Part shown: piece by piece, positions 1-7,839 of the stretch
How the letters are laid out: every line of letters begins with the position of its first letter
Position numbering within the stretch: position 1 is the stretch's first letter
Assembly: GCA_964584385.1 (NCBI GenBank)
Contig: CAZOZW010000010.1
Location: 9,946 to 43,470 of the forward strand
Direction: 5' to 3'
DNA length: 33,525 nucleotides
From: an uncultured Candidatus Peribacteria bacterium
GTDB lineage: Bacteria > Patescibacteriota > Gracilibacteria > CAIRYL01 > GCA-016699755
The notes under the pieces: model-generated
Told to the model about the DNA's origin: nothing
The model's input: the letters and a program-made list of their open reading frames with translations, nothing else
Database searches by the model: none
Made by a program: the position numbers and the translations under genes

Positions 1-160
1 CGAGAAATCGACCAGCGCGATACTTTTGGCATAAAGATGGTGGTTGTAAGCTATCTTCGAGATTGAACATGACGGTTGTTGCGAACTTTGACTTGGGTGT
101 AAGCAATACACCTTTACTCAAGCTATTGGTACATTTCAGGTTTGTTCTACAAATCTTTTA
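1..160. repeat. Direct repeat copy 1 (partner 2274..2433), cut by the window edge
   Basis: Gap-free hand alignment to 2274..2433 gives 127/160 identical positions. Two 10-nt blocks (61-70, 81-90) are perfectly conserved. Confidence 0.8.
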
Positions 161-294
161 CATTCTTCGCGTTTTCGGCTGCACTCTTGCCGCAAGCAAC
201 CATCGTAATAGTACATGGTTACCGCCTAAGATGACGTAAGTCGATTTAGTTAAGCGATATATGCGTATGCTAAGATACTCCCTTATTCGGAGCT

Positions 295-2088
295 TCATGG
301 CATTTGGATGAGTGAATTGGCATATTCTTCTATCCACATATATTTGTTCGGAGAAAGTCGGGTAGCATCCGCAGCATTGTTTGGATTTAATCCTCTGGCT
401 GTTTCCCAGCTATTGGGGATTCCATCTTTATCCGAATCCGTTGGGTAACTTCCTGTGGCAAACCTCGGAATACCACCGACTTCGGAGACAGAGTCGATCA
501 ACCGGAAAGAGGAAATATTTACTGCTCGTTTATCCGCAGCATCACGACGAGGAACAGTCGCTCCGGCATGTTGTAGCACTAATCTCTGCGCTTGATTTGC
601 ACTTTGAGTGGTAACTCCTGTCGGGCTGAAGAGCGGCTTGTTGGAAACAATATTATTAAATGCCTTGTTCCCAATTACAACATCTGATGCTCTTCCTGAT
701 TCCGAAACATTACCACTTATATAGATCTTGCTGTTTGACGGATATCTATTGCCCCAGGGTGAATCTCCAATAGCAATCCCTTTCGACGGTTTAATCCAGT
801 TTCCAATCACATGCCCTACCTGTTTGGCGTCATTAGAGACGCTTTTTAGCATACTTGGGTTCCAACCTAAAGAAAGATTTCTGGTTGTAACATTATTGAT
901 AAACTCGAATTGTCGGTGATCACCTTTTACGAGCGGGTTACGCGCACCATTATGATTCCAAAGGTTATGATGAAGGGTGGTATTGCGCATGTTATCGCCC
1001 CAAAGGGTTGCATAGCTGTGGCATCCCTTTGGATGCTTGCTGCAGTTAAGTGTTTCGCTGATAATCGACCACTGGACAGTGAGATTGTTCACCGGACCAC
1101 CGTTCGATTTCTGCGTGATATCCAATGCGCCATCAGACCCCCATCCTATCGAGGTACGATCGATAATAACGTCATCATTGCGGACTTTTAAAGCATCCCA
1201 GCCATCTGCCTCCTCGGCGTTGGGTGGATCACCGGGGCGAAATCGCATTCCTCTTATGATCACATTCTCTCCTACCGCTGTTACGGCCCCGGTAATAAGA
1301 ATGCCGTCTCCGGGGGCAGTTTGTCCAAAAATCGTCGCATTGGGGGCAATATCCACTTTTCTTGGTCTTAGTCGAATAGTCCCGCCGGTTTTAAAGATAA
1401 TAATGCGAGGTCTGTTTAATGTTGCAGCCGCCCGCCAGCTTCCCGGGCCCGAATCGTTCAGGTTTGTAACGTAAACGATTTGTCCACCTCGGCCTCCCGT
1501 TACGCATCGTCCCCAGCCTTCAGCGCCAGGAAATGCAGGAATACAATTTGGCGAATATGTCCCCGACGATGAGCTATTATCTGTCGGATATTCAACTTCT
1601 TCAACTTTACTATACCGCCCGATCTGCCACATCGGCTTGGAGCACTGCCGATTCGCACATCCGCAATTCCATTTCTGATTCGCCCAAGTACAGGCAAAAA
1701 AGATATAGTACCCATTCCCTCTCACCGAACTGGGCGTTATCGTCGCAGCAGATTCTCCACTCGCCCATGGTCTGTACGCCGGATTATCACTCAATGCTCT
1801 TCCTCCTTCAAACCGCATCTGTCTCCAGCTACTCCCATCTAAATAAAACCCACCCCGATACACGATCTGGTTTTGACCCATCGACGCACTGATCGTTACC
1901 TCATCTCCCGAACAATCGACCGAGGTCATCGAGCCACCACCAAAAAAATTCCTCACCGATCCAAACCCACTGGGCGTATTACCGATCTGCTGACCACACG
2001 CCGCACTAAGACTCAATTGTGGAAAGAAAAAGACGCCGATTAGCGCGACTGAAATATGGAGGAGGTATTTATTTACTTTGTTTTTCAT
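295..2088 (-). CDS. Secreted pectate-lyase-fold (right-handed beta-helix) protein with a Cys-rich N-terminal domain
   Basis: ORF 295..2199 trimmed to ATG 2088, which opens a signal peptide (MKNKVNKYLLHISVALIGVFFFPQLSLSAA). FPGAEGWG..TGGRGGQIVYVTNLNDSGPGSWR and NPLVKG motifs are typical of pectate lyases. C-terminal tail DSDKDGIPNSWE..GLNP. Confidence 0.8.
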   Translation of the reverse strand: MKNKVNKYLLHISVALIGVFFFPQLSLSAACGQQIGNTPSGFGSVRNFFGGGSMTSVDCSGDEVTISASMGQNQIVYRGGFYLDGSSWRQMRFEGGRALSDNPAYRPWASGESAATITPSSVRGNGYYIFFACTWANQKWNCGCANRQCSKPMWQIGRYSKVEEVEYPTDNSSSSGTYSPNCIPAFPGAEGWGRCVTGGRGGQIVYVTNLNDSGPGSWRAAATLNRPRIIIFKTGGTIRLRPRKVDIAPNATIFGQTAPGDGILITGAVTAVGENVIIRGMRFRPGDPPNAEEADGWDALKVRNDDVIIDRTSIGWGSDGALDITQKSNGGPVNNLTVQWSIISETLNCSKHPKGCHSYATLWGDNMRNTTLHHNLWNHNGARNPLVKGDHRQFEFINNVTTRNLSLGWNPSMLKSVSNDAKQVGHVIGNWIKPSKGIAIGDSPWGNRYPSNSKIYISGNVSESGRASDVVIGNKAFNNIVSNKPLFSPTGVTTQSANQAQRLVLQHAGATVPRRDAADKRAVNISSFRLIDSVSEVGGIPRFATGSYPTDSDKDGIPNSWETARGLNPNNAADATRLSPNKYMWIEEYANSLIQMP

Positions 2089-2094
2089 AAGTAT

Positions 2095-2122
2095 ATTATA
2101 CACATTTATAATAGTATGTAAA
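2095..2122 (-). promoter_or_regulatory. Sigma-70-type promoter, TTTACA-16-TATAAT (minus strand), ending 6 nt before ATG 2088
   Basis: Minus strand reads tttaca tactattataaatgtg tataat atactt ATG. The predicted +1 coincides with the A of the start codon. Confidence 0.5.
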
Positions 2123-2273
2123 TATATAATGATGAACAATGCTTGAGTTGTTTTAGGTGGAACATAGCTTTCCTCCGCCGGTGCGAGTACCCCCCACATT
2201 TTACAATTGTTATGGTTCTGCAGACATCAATAAACCAAAAATAAGGGCAACCCGTTCCACATGTTTCTCTGGT

Positions 2274-2433
2274 TGGGAAATCGATCAGCGCGATATGTTT
2301 GGCAGAAAGATGGTGCCTCTAAACTATCAGTGAGATTGAACATGGTGGTTTGTGCGAACTTTGACTTGGGCGTATGCAATACACCTCTGCTTAAACGATT
2401 GCTACACTCCAAGTTCCGTCCACAAATTTTTTA
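2274..2433. repeat. Direct repeat copy 2 (partner 1..160)
   Basis: 127/160 identity to 1..160 without gaps. It lies upstream (minus sense) of the pectate-lyase-like gene. Confidence 0.8.
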
Positions 2434-2457
2434 AAAAAAACCGTTCATTGCCATAAA

Positions 2458-2499
2458 AATACTGCATTAAAACGTAATCTACCGTCTTAATGCAGTATT
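2458..2499. repeat. 42-bp palindromic element, copy A
   Basis: aatactgcattaa aacgtaatctaccgtc ttaatgcagtatt: perfect 13-bp arms around a 16-nt centre. Confidence 0.9.
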
Positions 2500-2532
2500 C
2501 TATGTCATGCGACAATCTTCGTATTCATCATA

Positions 2533-2567
2533 AAACAAAAAAGCGCCTCACCAGAGGCGCTTTTTTT
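2533..2567. terminator. Bidirectional rho-independent terminator
   Basis: Stem GCGCCT/AGGCGC (2543-2548 / 2555-2560) with a 6-nt loop, an A-run on the left and a T7 run on the right. It lies 16 nt downstream of the stop of the minus-strand gene ending at 2583. Confidence 0.8.
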
Positions 2568-2582
2568 AAACTATATCAAGTC

Positions 2583-3797
2583 TTACTCGGTGCAAATATT
2601 CTCGCACGGAATTCCGTCTCCATCTTGATCGAGTGACTTGACGCCGCAGCTGCTTAAGAAAAACTTCGCTTCTTTGCAATCAACCATTTCGGCACATGTC
2701 GATTTCGATGCGCAGTAGCCCGCCATCGGGTTGCCACCCGTATTCGGGAATAGGGCGCTGCTTTGATCCGCCGCTTCATCATTCGGCAAGCTGCAACTTG
2801 TTTGTTCGGCGATCGTTTCAAGCTGCTGTGTGCCCATTCGGCGTGATTCGTCGCTAAAAATCCATGTCGGGTAACCGGTAATCTCTTTATCTTTGCAAGT
2901 CTCTTCGTCTTCGTCGCAATCGACATAATCGATTTCTGAGATGCTATCGCCGAATAACGCTTTTTGGGTTGTGCAATGTTGGCACCATTCAACCCCGTAA
3001 AATGTTGCGCCGGCATCGGTTACGCAAGTGGCGAATGTCGCCATATCGTTTGTTTCAGCGCTGGTGGTTTGAGAAGTCGAGTTGCTACTGCTACCGCTAA
3101 TGCTCACGCTTGAGCTGGTTTCGGTTTCTTCATCGTCGGTTGATTCTCCTGTTGTAGTATTTTCGGCAGAATCATCGCTCGCGCTTTGATCTGTTTCTTC
3201 GGTTGCGTCGGTATTTGCTTCATCAACAGCCTTTTCCGCCTTGCTCGTGTCATCGACCAACGGTTTGTTGTTCATGCCACGGTAGCGGCATTCAACCAAA
3301 GCGGCTCCCACCAAATCCATTGCTTTGCATTCTTTTTTTACTGCACGCTTTTTGACGATGTGATCTTTCATCATCACTTTTACGTTTTGGCGAAAACACT
3401 GGCGCACCTCTTGCGGAGTAGTCAAACGCTCGTCATTCACACAATCCATTTTCGATTTAACGATTTGCTTCACAAAGATCATCCGTTGCTCTTTGCGTTC
3501 TTTTGCCACTTTTTTTCGCAGATCTTTGCGCATCTCGGCGCATTCTTCTTCGGTGTGCCCACCTTTTTCAATACACTTGTCGACCCAAACATCAGCCCGT
3601 GCCTGACGTACGCCTTGTTTGGCTTGTCGCAATTCTTGCTTGGCGTCTTTCACGTTTTGACGCGCCTCTTTGCGCTCATCTTTGGCTTGTTGAACCTGTG
3701 CTTTGCGCTCTTCGGCGGTTAATGCCTCGGCAGTGGCAAGCGGAGCGGCTAATACGGCAATCATCAGCATTGCCAAAAAACTTTGAATATACTTCAT
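2583..3797 (-). CDS. Secreted multidomain protein: Lys/Glu-rich helical region, acidic Ser/Thr linker, thioredoxin-like CxxC domain, Excalibur Ca-binding domain
   Basis: ORF 2583..3911. ATG 3797 gives a canonical signal peptide, MKYIQSFLAMLMIAVLAAPLATA-EA; ATG 3824 is an alternative start. FYGVEWCQHC..ITGYPTW resembles the thioredoxin-like domains that accompany VKOR. The C-terminal DQDGDGIPCE matches the Excalibur DxDxDGxxCE motif. Confidence 0.75.
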   Translation of the reverse strand: MKYIQSFLAMLMIAVLAAPLATAEALTAEERKAQVQQAKDERKEARQNVKDAKQELRQAKQGVRQARADVWVDKCIEKGGHTEEECAEMRKDLRKKVAKERKEQRMIFVKQIVKSKMDCVNDERLTTPQEVRQCFRQNVKVMMKDHIVKKRAVKKECKAMDLVGAALVECRYRGMNNKPLVDDTSKAEKAVDEANTDATEETDQSASDDSAENTTTGESTDDEETETSSSVSISGSSSNSTSQTTSAETNDMATFATCVTDAGATFYGVEWCQHCTTQKALFGDSISEIDYVDCDEDEETCKDKEITGYPTWIFSDESRRMGTQQLETIAEQTSCSLPNDEAADQSSALFPNTGGNPMAGYCASKSTCAEMVDCKEAKFFLSSCGVKSLDQDGDGIPCENICTE

Positions 3798-3854
3798 AAA
3801 AATGAAAAAGAAATAAAACTTCATCACTATCCGCGAATCGAACGAAAAAATCAA

Positions 3855-3883
3855 ATGCAACGCTTGTAAAAATCTGCTATAAT
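3855..3883 (+). promoter_or_regulatory. Promoter for ftsX with an extended -10 (TGcTATAAT)
   Basis: atgcaa-17-tataat, with TG at 3875-3876. It sits 34 nt upstream of ATG 3917. Confidence 0.5.
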
Positions 3884-3916
3884 CTTTTGATATAACAACG
3901 AATTGAGCCACAAATC

Positions 3917-4885
3917 ATGAACTATTGGGTAACGAGCATAAAACGGGTTTTTGCATATGCGGCAGCCGGAGCATGGCGTAATCGCATTAATCTCTTTTTT
4001 TCGGGGGCGGCGCTTTCATTCCTTTTCTTTTTTATGCATTGCGCCGGGCTGGGCGTTGCCGTCAGCGGTGGCGTGATCGACAACGTGCAACAAAAAATCG
4101 ATATTGCGGTGTTTTTGCAAAATTCCGCCGATTCGTTTCAAGAAGAAGCTTTTCGGTTGGCGCTCGAACGAAAGAAGAAAACCGGCGAGATCCGCGATTA
4201 CTGGAAGCTCGATAAAGACGAAGCGTTTATGATGTTTAAAGAGCAATACCCGGCGCAAACCCGCTTTTTAGAACGCTATCAACTGGCGAATCCACTTTCG
4301 ACCGTGTTCGGCATCACCCCGCAACCGGGCGCCGCAGGAGCTGCCACAATTACCCAGTTCGTGCTCGAAGAGCAATGGCAAACGACCGTCGACCAAAATC
4401 GCTTTCGACAAAGCACCGAAGAGCGGGCGCGGGCGCAGCGCGTTATGACCGTGCTCGAAACAAGCCGCACCTTTATCTACGCTTTGCAAACCTTCTTTTT
4501 TGCCATCGGCTTTGTGCTGGTGCTTTACTTCGTCTCAGAGGCGATTCGTCGCCATCATCGCGAAATGGTGATTATGCGGCTGGTGGGCGCGCGGTTTTTC
4601 TTCATCCGCATGCCGTACTTGATCGAAGGTTTGCTCGTTACTGCAATCGCACTTATATTCAGTATCTTTCTCTTTGCTCGCTTTTTAGATGCCGTCCGCG
4701 CAGCGGCAAACAACATGCTCGCCGGATTGGGCATTGAAGAAAGCTTTATCGAAACGGCGCTCGGCGAATCAACGAGCTCGAACATAGTTGTGACCAACGG
4801 CTTTTTTATGATATTACTTTCAGCGGTGGCGGCTTTTGTCGCGATTGAATGGGCGCTTCGAAAACGTCTGTTCCACCAGATTTAA
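3917..4885 (+). CDS. ftsX: Cell-division ABC permease-like protein FtsX
   Basis: One N-terminal TM, a roughly 150-aa extracytoplasmic domain, then three C-terminal TMs. MRLVGARFFFIRMPYLIEGLL is typical of FtsX. Confidence 0.8.
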   Translation: MNYWVTSIKRVFAYAAAGAWRNRINLFFSGAALSFLFFFMHCAGLGVAVSGGVIDNVQQKIDIAVFLQNSADSFQEEAFRLALERKKKTGEIRDYWKLDKDEAFMMFKEQYPAQTRFLERYQLANPLSTVFGITPQPGAAGAATITQFVLEEQWQTTVDQNRFRQSTEERARAQRVMTVLETSRTFIYALQTFFFAIGFVLVLYFVSEAIRRHHREMVIMRLVGARFFFIRMPYLIEGLLVTAIALIFSIFLFARFLDAVRAAANNMLAGLGIEESFIETALGESTSSNIVVTNGFFMILLSAVAAFVAIEWALRKRLFHQI

Positions 4886-4894
4886 AATGCAGAT

Positions 4895-5599
4895 GTGAAA
4901 ACCGAAGTCGTACATGCGGTGGTATTACAAATAAAACCGCTTAGCGATTACGATGCGGTCATCACCTTTTTTAGCGAAACCGAAGGACGATTGGTATTGG
5001 TAGCCAAAGGGATTCGTCGCCCAAAGGCAAAACTCTGCGGATTGGTGCAGCCGCTGCATTTGTTACAGATCGAGCAGTTGCCACCAAAATCAGAAACCGG
5101 GATGGGACGCCTGATCCGCGCCGAACTGCTCGGTGAAAAACGAACGGATTTTCCGCCCGAAGTGTTTTTTTATGTCGAACTCGCTACCGCGCTCATTCGC
5201 GAACAGCAGCATCATGCCGAGTTCTTCTCGCTTCTTCGTCAGCTTCCGCAACAACTTGCTGATGCGAATACCATTGTCATCTATTTATTAAAAACTATTA
5301 CTCTGTTCGGCTACTTGCCGATTTTCACCCATTGCGCAATCACCGGCAAAAAATTCACAACCGCCGCCAAATGGCAACCAACCGGCGAATTGATCGCACT
5401 TACCCAACGCCCCGCGGTTGGCATTGAAGTAACATTCGCCGAAATAAAACTATTGGCGTTTTACCAACGCGCCGCCTTTGCCGATTGCCAAAAAGTCACC
5501 GTCACCGACGAAACGCTTACAAAGATATTCCGCTTTCTCGTCGGCTTTCTCGAAGAACAAGGTGTAATGCTCAAAACCCGCGACCTTATTCCGCTGTAA
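4895..5599 (+). CDS. recO: DNA repair protein RecO
   Basis: GTG start 9 nt after the ftsX stop. The N-terminal OB-fold signature VVLQIKPLSDYDAVITFFSETEGRLVLVAKGIRRPK and the length (234 aa) fit RecO. Confidence 0.85.
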   Translation: MKTEVVHAVVLQIKPLSDYDAVITFFSETEGRLVLVAKGIRRPKAKLCGLVQPLHLLQIEQLPPKSETGMGRLIRAELLGEKRTDFPPEVFFYVELATALIREQQHHAEFFSLLRQLPQQLADANTIVIYLLKTITLFGYLPIFTHCAITGKKFTTAAKWQPTGELIALTQRPAVGIEVTFAEIKLLAFYQRAAFADCQKVTVTDETLTKIFRFLVGFLEEQGVMLKTRDLIPL

Positions 5600-5783
5600 T
5601 ATCTGCTTCGGCTTCAATCGCGGGATTATTCAAATTCGCCTCAAAGTATTCGGTTTTGGTGAACGAGTTGAAAAATAAATACATCACGGCGGCAATGCCA
5701 AAAACTACTGTTGCAATCGTTATCCAATCGGTGCCGTAATCGTCGGCGGTTTCTTGATCGTTACTGTTGAATCGATTTTTCAT
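5586..5783 (-). CDS. Small single-TM protein (65 aa), hypothetical
   Basis: Acidic N-terminus followed by the TM segment DWITIATVVFGIAAVMYLFF. Convergent with recO, with a 14-nt overlap. Confidence 0.45.
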   Translation of the reverse strand: MKNRFNSNDQETADDYGTDWITIATVVFGIAAVMYLFFNSFTKTEYFEANLNNPAIEAEADITAE

Positions 5784-5826
5784 TGTCTTTTACAATTCAT
5801 TGCATCATAGCATAATTGTTTGATCG

Positions 5827-5855
5827 TTGACAAATTTTCGCTGCAAAGGTAAAAA
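5827..5855 (+). promoter_or_regulatory. Promoter TTGACA-17-TAAAAA
   Basis: A consensus -35 and 17-nt spacing, about 85 nt upstream of ATG 5940. Confidence 0.55.
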
Positions 5856-5939
5856 GAGTTCCATTCGTAATTTTGGCTTATTGAGCACAGTTACGATGGT
5901 ACGAAGATCTTTAAACTTTAGCAGTAGCGAGGTTCAACA

Positions 5940-6308
5940 ATGAATCCATACTATAGAAATCAGGTTCTTCGCCTGAGATACTTTTTTGTTGAGATCAAGA
6001 ATCAATTTGAGACTTCTCAATGCCTTACAGAGCAGCATTCATCATATGTAGCCGAAAAGTGCCCCAGCAGCGCAGAGCATCTTTTGGAGTTATCACCCGG
6101 ATACATCAAGACTTTGTATTTATCGATTGGAGAGCCGCAGTATTCAATACTCACTCATCGATTTGATTTGGTTACAACAAATTTCAAAAAGTTGAACCAA
6201 CGAGCCACATCTCTACATGATAAAATCGGACTCATCAGACACCTTATCGTTCTATCGCAGAATTTTATCAATCTTCTCGATACACTTTTGCTAAACGACC
6301 TTGAATGA
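5940..6308 (+). CDS. Hypothetical small soluble protein (122 aa), island 1
   Basis: SD GAGG 8 nt upstream. It has its own promoter and terminator. I recognise no family motif. Confidence 0.6.
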   Translation: MNPYYRNQVLRLRYFFVEIKNQFETSQCLTEQHSSYVAEKCPSSAEHLLELSPGYIKTLYLSIGEPQYSILTHRFDLVTTNFKKLNQRATSLHDKIGLIRHLIVLSQNFINLLDTLLLNDLE

Positions 6309-6316
6309 TCTTTTAT

Positions 6317-6343
6317 AACCGCGTGTATATACGCGGTTTTTTT
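6317..6343 (+). terminator. Rho-independent terminator
   Basis: Stem AACCGCGT/ACGCGGTT with a 6-nt loop, followed by a T-run. Confidence 0.8.
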
Positions 6344-6362
6344 GAGCCATTATTCGCTTCAT

Positions 6363-6391
6363 TTGACATTGCATACTATCGAAAGTAAAGT
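6363..6391 (+). promoter_or_regulatory. Promoter TTGACA-17-TAAAGT
   Basis: A consensus -35 and 17-nt spacing, about 90 nt upstream of ATG 6480. Confidence 0.55.
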
Positions 6392-6479
6392 AACCATCCA
6401 ATCGTAAGCAACGGTTGCCACGTGCAACTCGCTTCGTTGGGAATGAACCTTAACCTAAATCTCCACGGGAGCAATAAAC

Positions 6480-6788
6480 ATGAACGAACCAGTTAGAAAT
6501 CTACTGATGAATCTTATGTTCTTAAAAGAATCGCGAGACTTTGTTGAGCTTAAGGAGCGATATAAGATTGTAGAAAAAGAAATATCTAATGCGATATGTC
6601 GGGTTGATCGTAACTTTGAGACTATCTGCAATTACTACTTAAAGTTGTTCAAGAAGATGGTGCAAAACGGCATTGTCTATGAAAACGATATCTATCCGAT
6701 TCTTGGGATTTTGAGCCAATGGTACGGCGTAACCGAAATCTACGCAATACCGGTAGAAATCGATAAGAACAAGGCACGTCTAATGTAA
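6480..6788 (+). CDS. Hypothetical small protein (102 aa), first gene of a two-gene operon
   Basis: SD GGGAG 9 nt upstream. The next gene begins 14 nt after its stop. Confidence 0.6.
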   Translation: MNEPVRNLLMNLMFLKESRDFVELKERYKIVEKEISNAICRVDRNFETICNYYLKLFKKMVQNGIVYENDIYPILGILSQWYGVTEIYAIPVEIDKNKARLM

Positions 6789-6802
6789 GCGGAGAAACGA
6801 AT

Positions 6803-7186
6803 ATGAGCCAAAAAATAAGAGAGAAACTTTTTCAGACCAAGGCGATATTGGCAAATGCCTTAAGCCGAGATCTTGTGAGTTTTTACGATGATATTGCTCG
6901 CTGGAGTGATAATCGCGATATTTATCTTTTATACCGACTTATTGATCTATGGTACAACGAGGAGGCAAGCCTTTTGGGTCGGCAGCATGGGATTGATTTG
7001 CCGATGGCAGTTCAAAGATTGTTGCAAACGACTGTGCTGTTCGGTCAGCAATACAATGCCCTGCAGTATAGCGATGCCAGCAAATGCAACGTGCAAGAGC
7101 AGTTGCAAAACATCAACAATGTTATCCGGCTCATCAAGGAACTTGAAGCACTTTGTGATGCAATGCTGAATAAGCTTGAAAAGTAG
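6803..7186 (+). CDS. Hypothetical small helical protein (127 aa)
   Basis: SD GGAG 9 nt upstream. It is followed by a strong terminator. Confidence 0.6.
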   Translation: MSQKIREKLFQTKAILANALSRDLVSFYDDIARWSDNRDIYLLYRLIDLWYNEEASLLGRQHGIDLPMAVQRLLQTTVLFGQQYNALQYSDASKCNVQEQLQNINNVIRLIKELEALCDAMLNKLEK

Positions 7187-7207
7187 GCACAGAGGTTCTG
7201 TTATCTT

Positions 7208-7238
7208 CTCCTCACCGATTCATCGGTGGGGAGTTTTT
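7208..7238 (+). terminator. Rho-independent terminator
   Basis: An 11-bp stem, CTCCTCACCGA/TCGGTGGGGAG (one G.U pair), with a 4-nt loop and a T5 run. Confidence 0.8.
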
Positions 7239-7245
7239 CTATTTA

Positions 7246-7274
7246 TTGCATAATACTGCATTAACACGTATAAT
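7246..7274 (+). promoter_or_regulatory. Promoter TTGCAT-17-TATAAT, overlapping palindromic element copy B
   Basis: The -35 abuts the left arm of the element. The perfect TATAAT lies in the 16-nt centre of the palindrome. Confidence 0.55.
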
Positions 7275-7293
7275 AACGTATTAATGCGGTATT
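7252..7293. repeat. 42-bp palindromic element, copy B
   Basis: aatactgcattaa cacgtataataacgta ttaatgcggtatt. One arm position has A replaced by G, which gives a G.U pair only in plus-strand RNA. Confidence 0.9.
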
Positions 7294-7309
7294 TCTTTTT
7301 ACAACAAAC

Positions 7310-7729
7310 ATGACATTTCAATTTCTTGCACAAATGGTGCAAAAGCCGCGGCGCACTATTGAATCGTTCTTTTTTCGTCATCATCTTTCCATTAAAAACC
7401 CTGCCGATGTGCGCATGTACTTAAATACCATACAAAGTGGCAAGCGCATCGAAACCAAACAACGCAGTACGGCTCACTTAAAACCGTATCAATTCAAACC
7501 CAAGCCCGAACCAAACTTTTTAGATATCGATAATAATGCTTTTTTAGAGCGGGGGATGGAGCGCATGCTCAAGCGTGAGAAGTGGAGCGATTTTTTACTG
7601 ATCAAAAAGATCTTCGGCGCAGAGCGGATCAAAGATCGAATCGAGAGGCAAATTGTACAAGAACAACGATATGACAGAGAACCATCGGCGTTTTTAATCC
7701 GCTGTGAAGAATATTTTGACAATCCTTAG
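7310..7729 (+). CDS. Hypothetical basic protein (139 aa), possible N-terminal HTH
   Basis: No SD. The ATG lies 16 nt after copy B. The N-terminus FLAQMVQKPRRTIESFFFRHHLS looks HTH-like by eye only. Confidence 0.5.
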   Translation: MTFQFLAQMVQKPRRTIESFFFRHHLSIKNPADVRMYLNTIQSGKRIETKQRSTAHLKPYQFKPKPEPNFLDIDNNAFLERGMERMLKREKWSDFLLIKKIFGAERIKDRIERQIVQEQRYDREPSAFLIRCEEYFDNP

Positions 7730-7839
7730 AATCTCAAGTAAAAGATACATCCAACAGAATACACTGCGCGGTTTTAAAAACACGCAACGTGTTAGTTGGA
7801 GATTTTGAACCTAAGCATCAACGAGACTCGGAGAATAAA

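Noticed and set aside
2227-2412. A 61-aa ORF (TTG start) on the minus strand inside direct-repeat copy 2. The same frame is also open in copy 1.
   Set aside because: It has a non-canonical start and no SD. Between the two copies, five of the six changed nucleotide positions in the conserved core are non-synonymous, which is not the pattern of a peptide under purifying selection. It is kept only as a caveat in the repeat finding.
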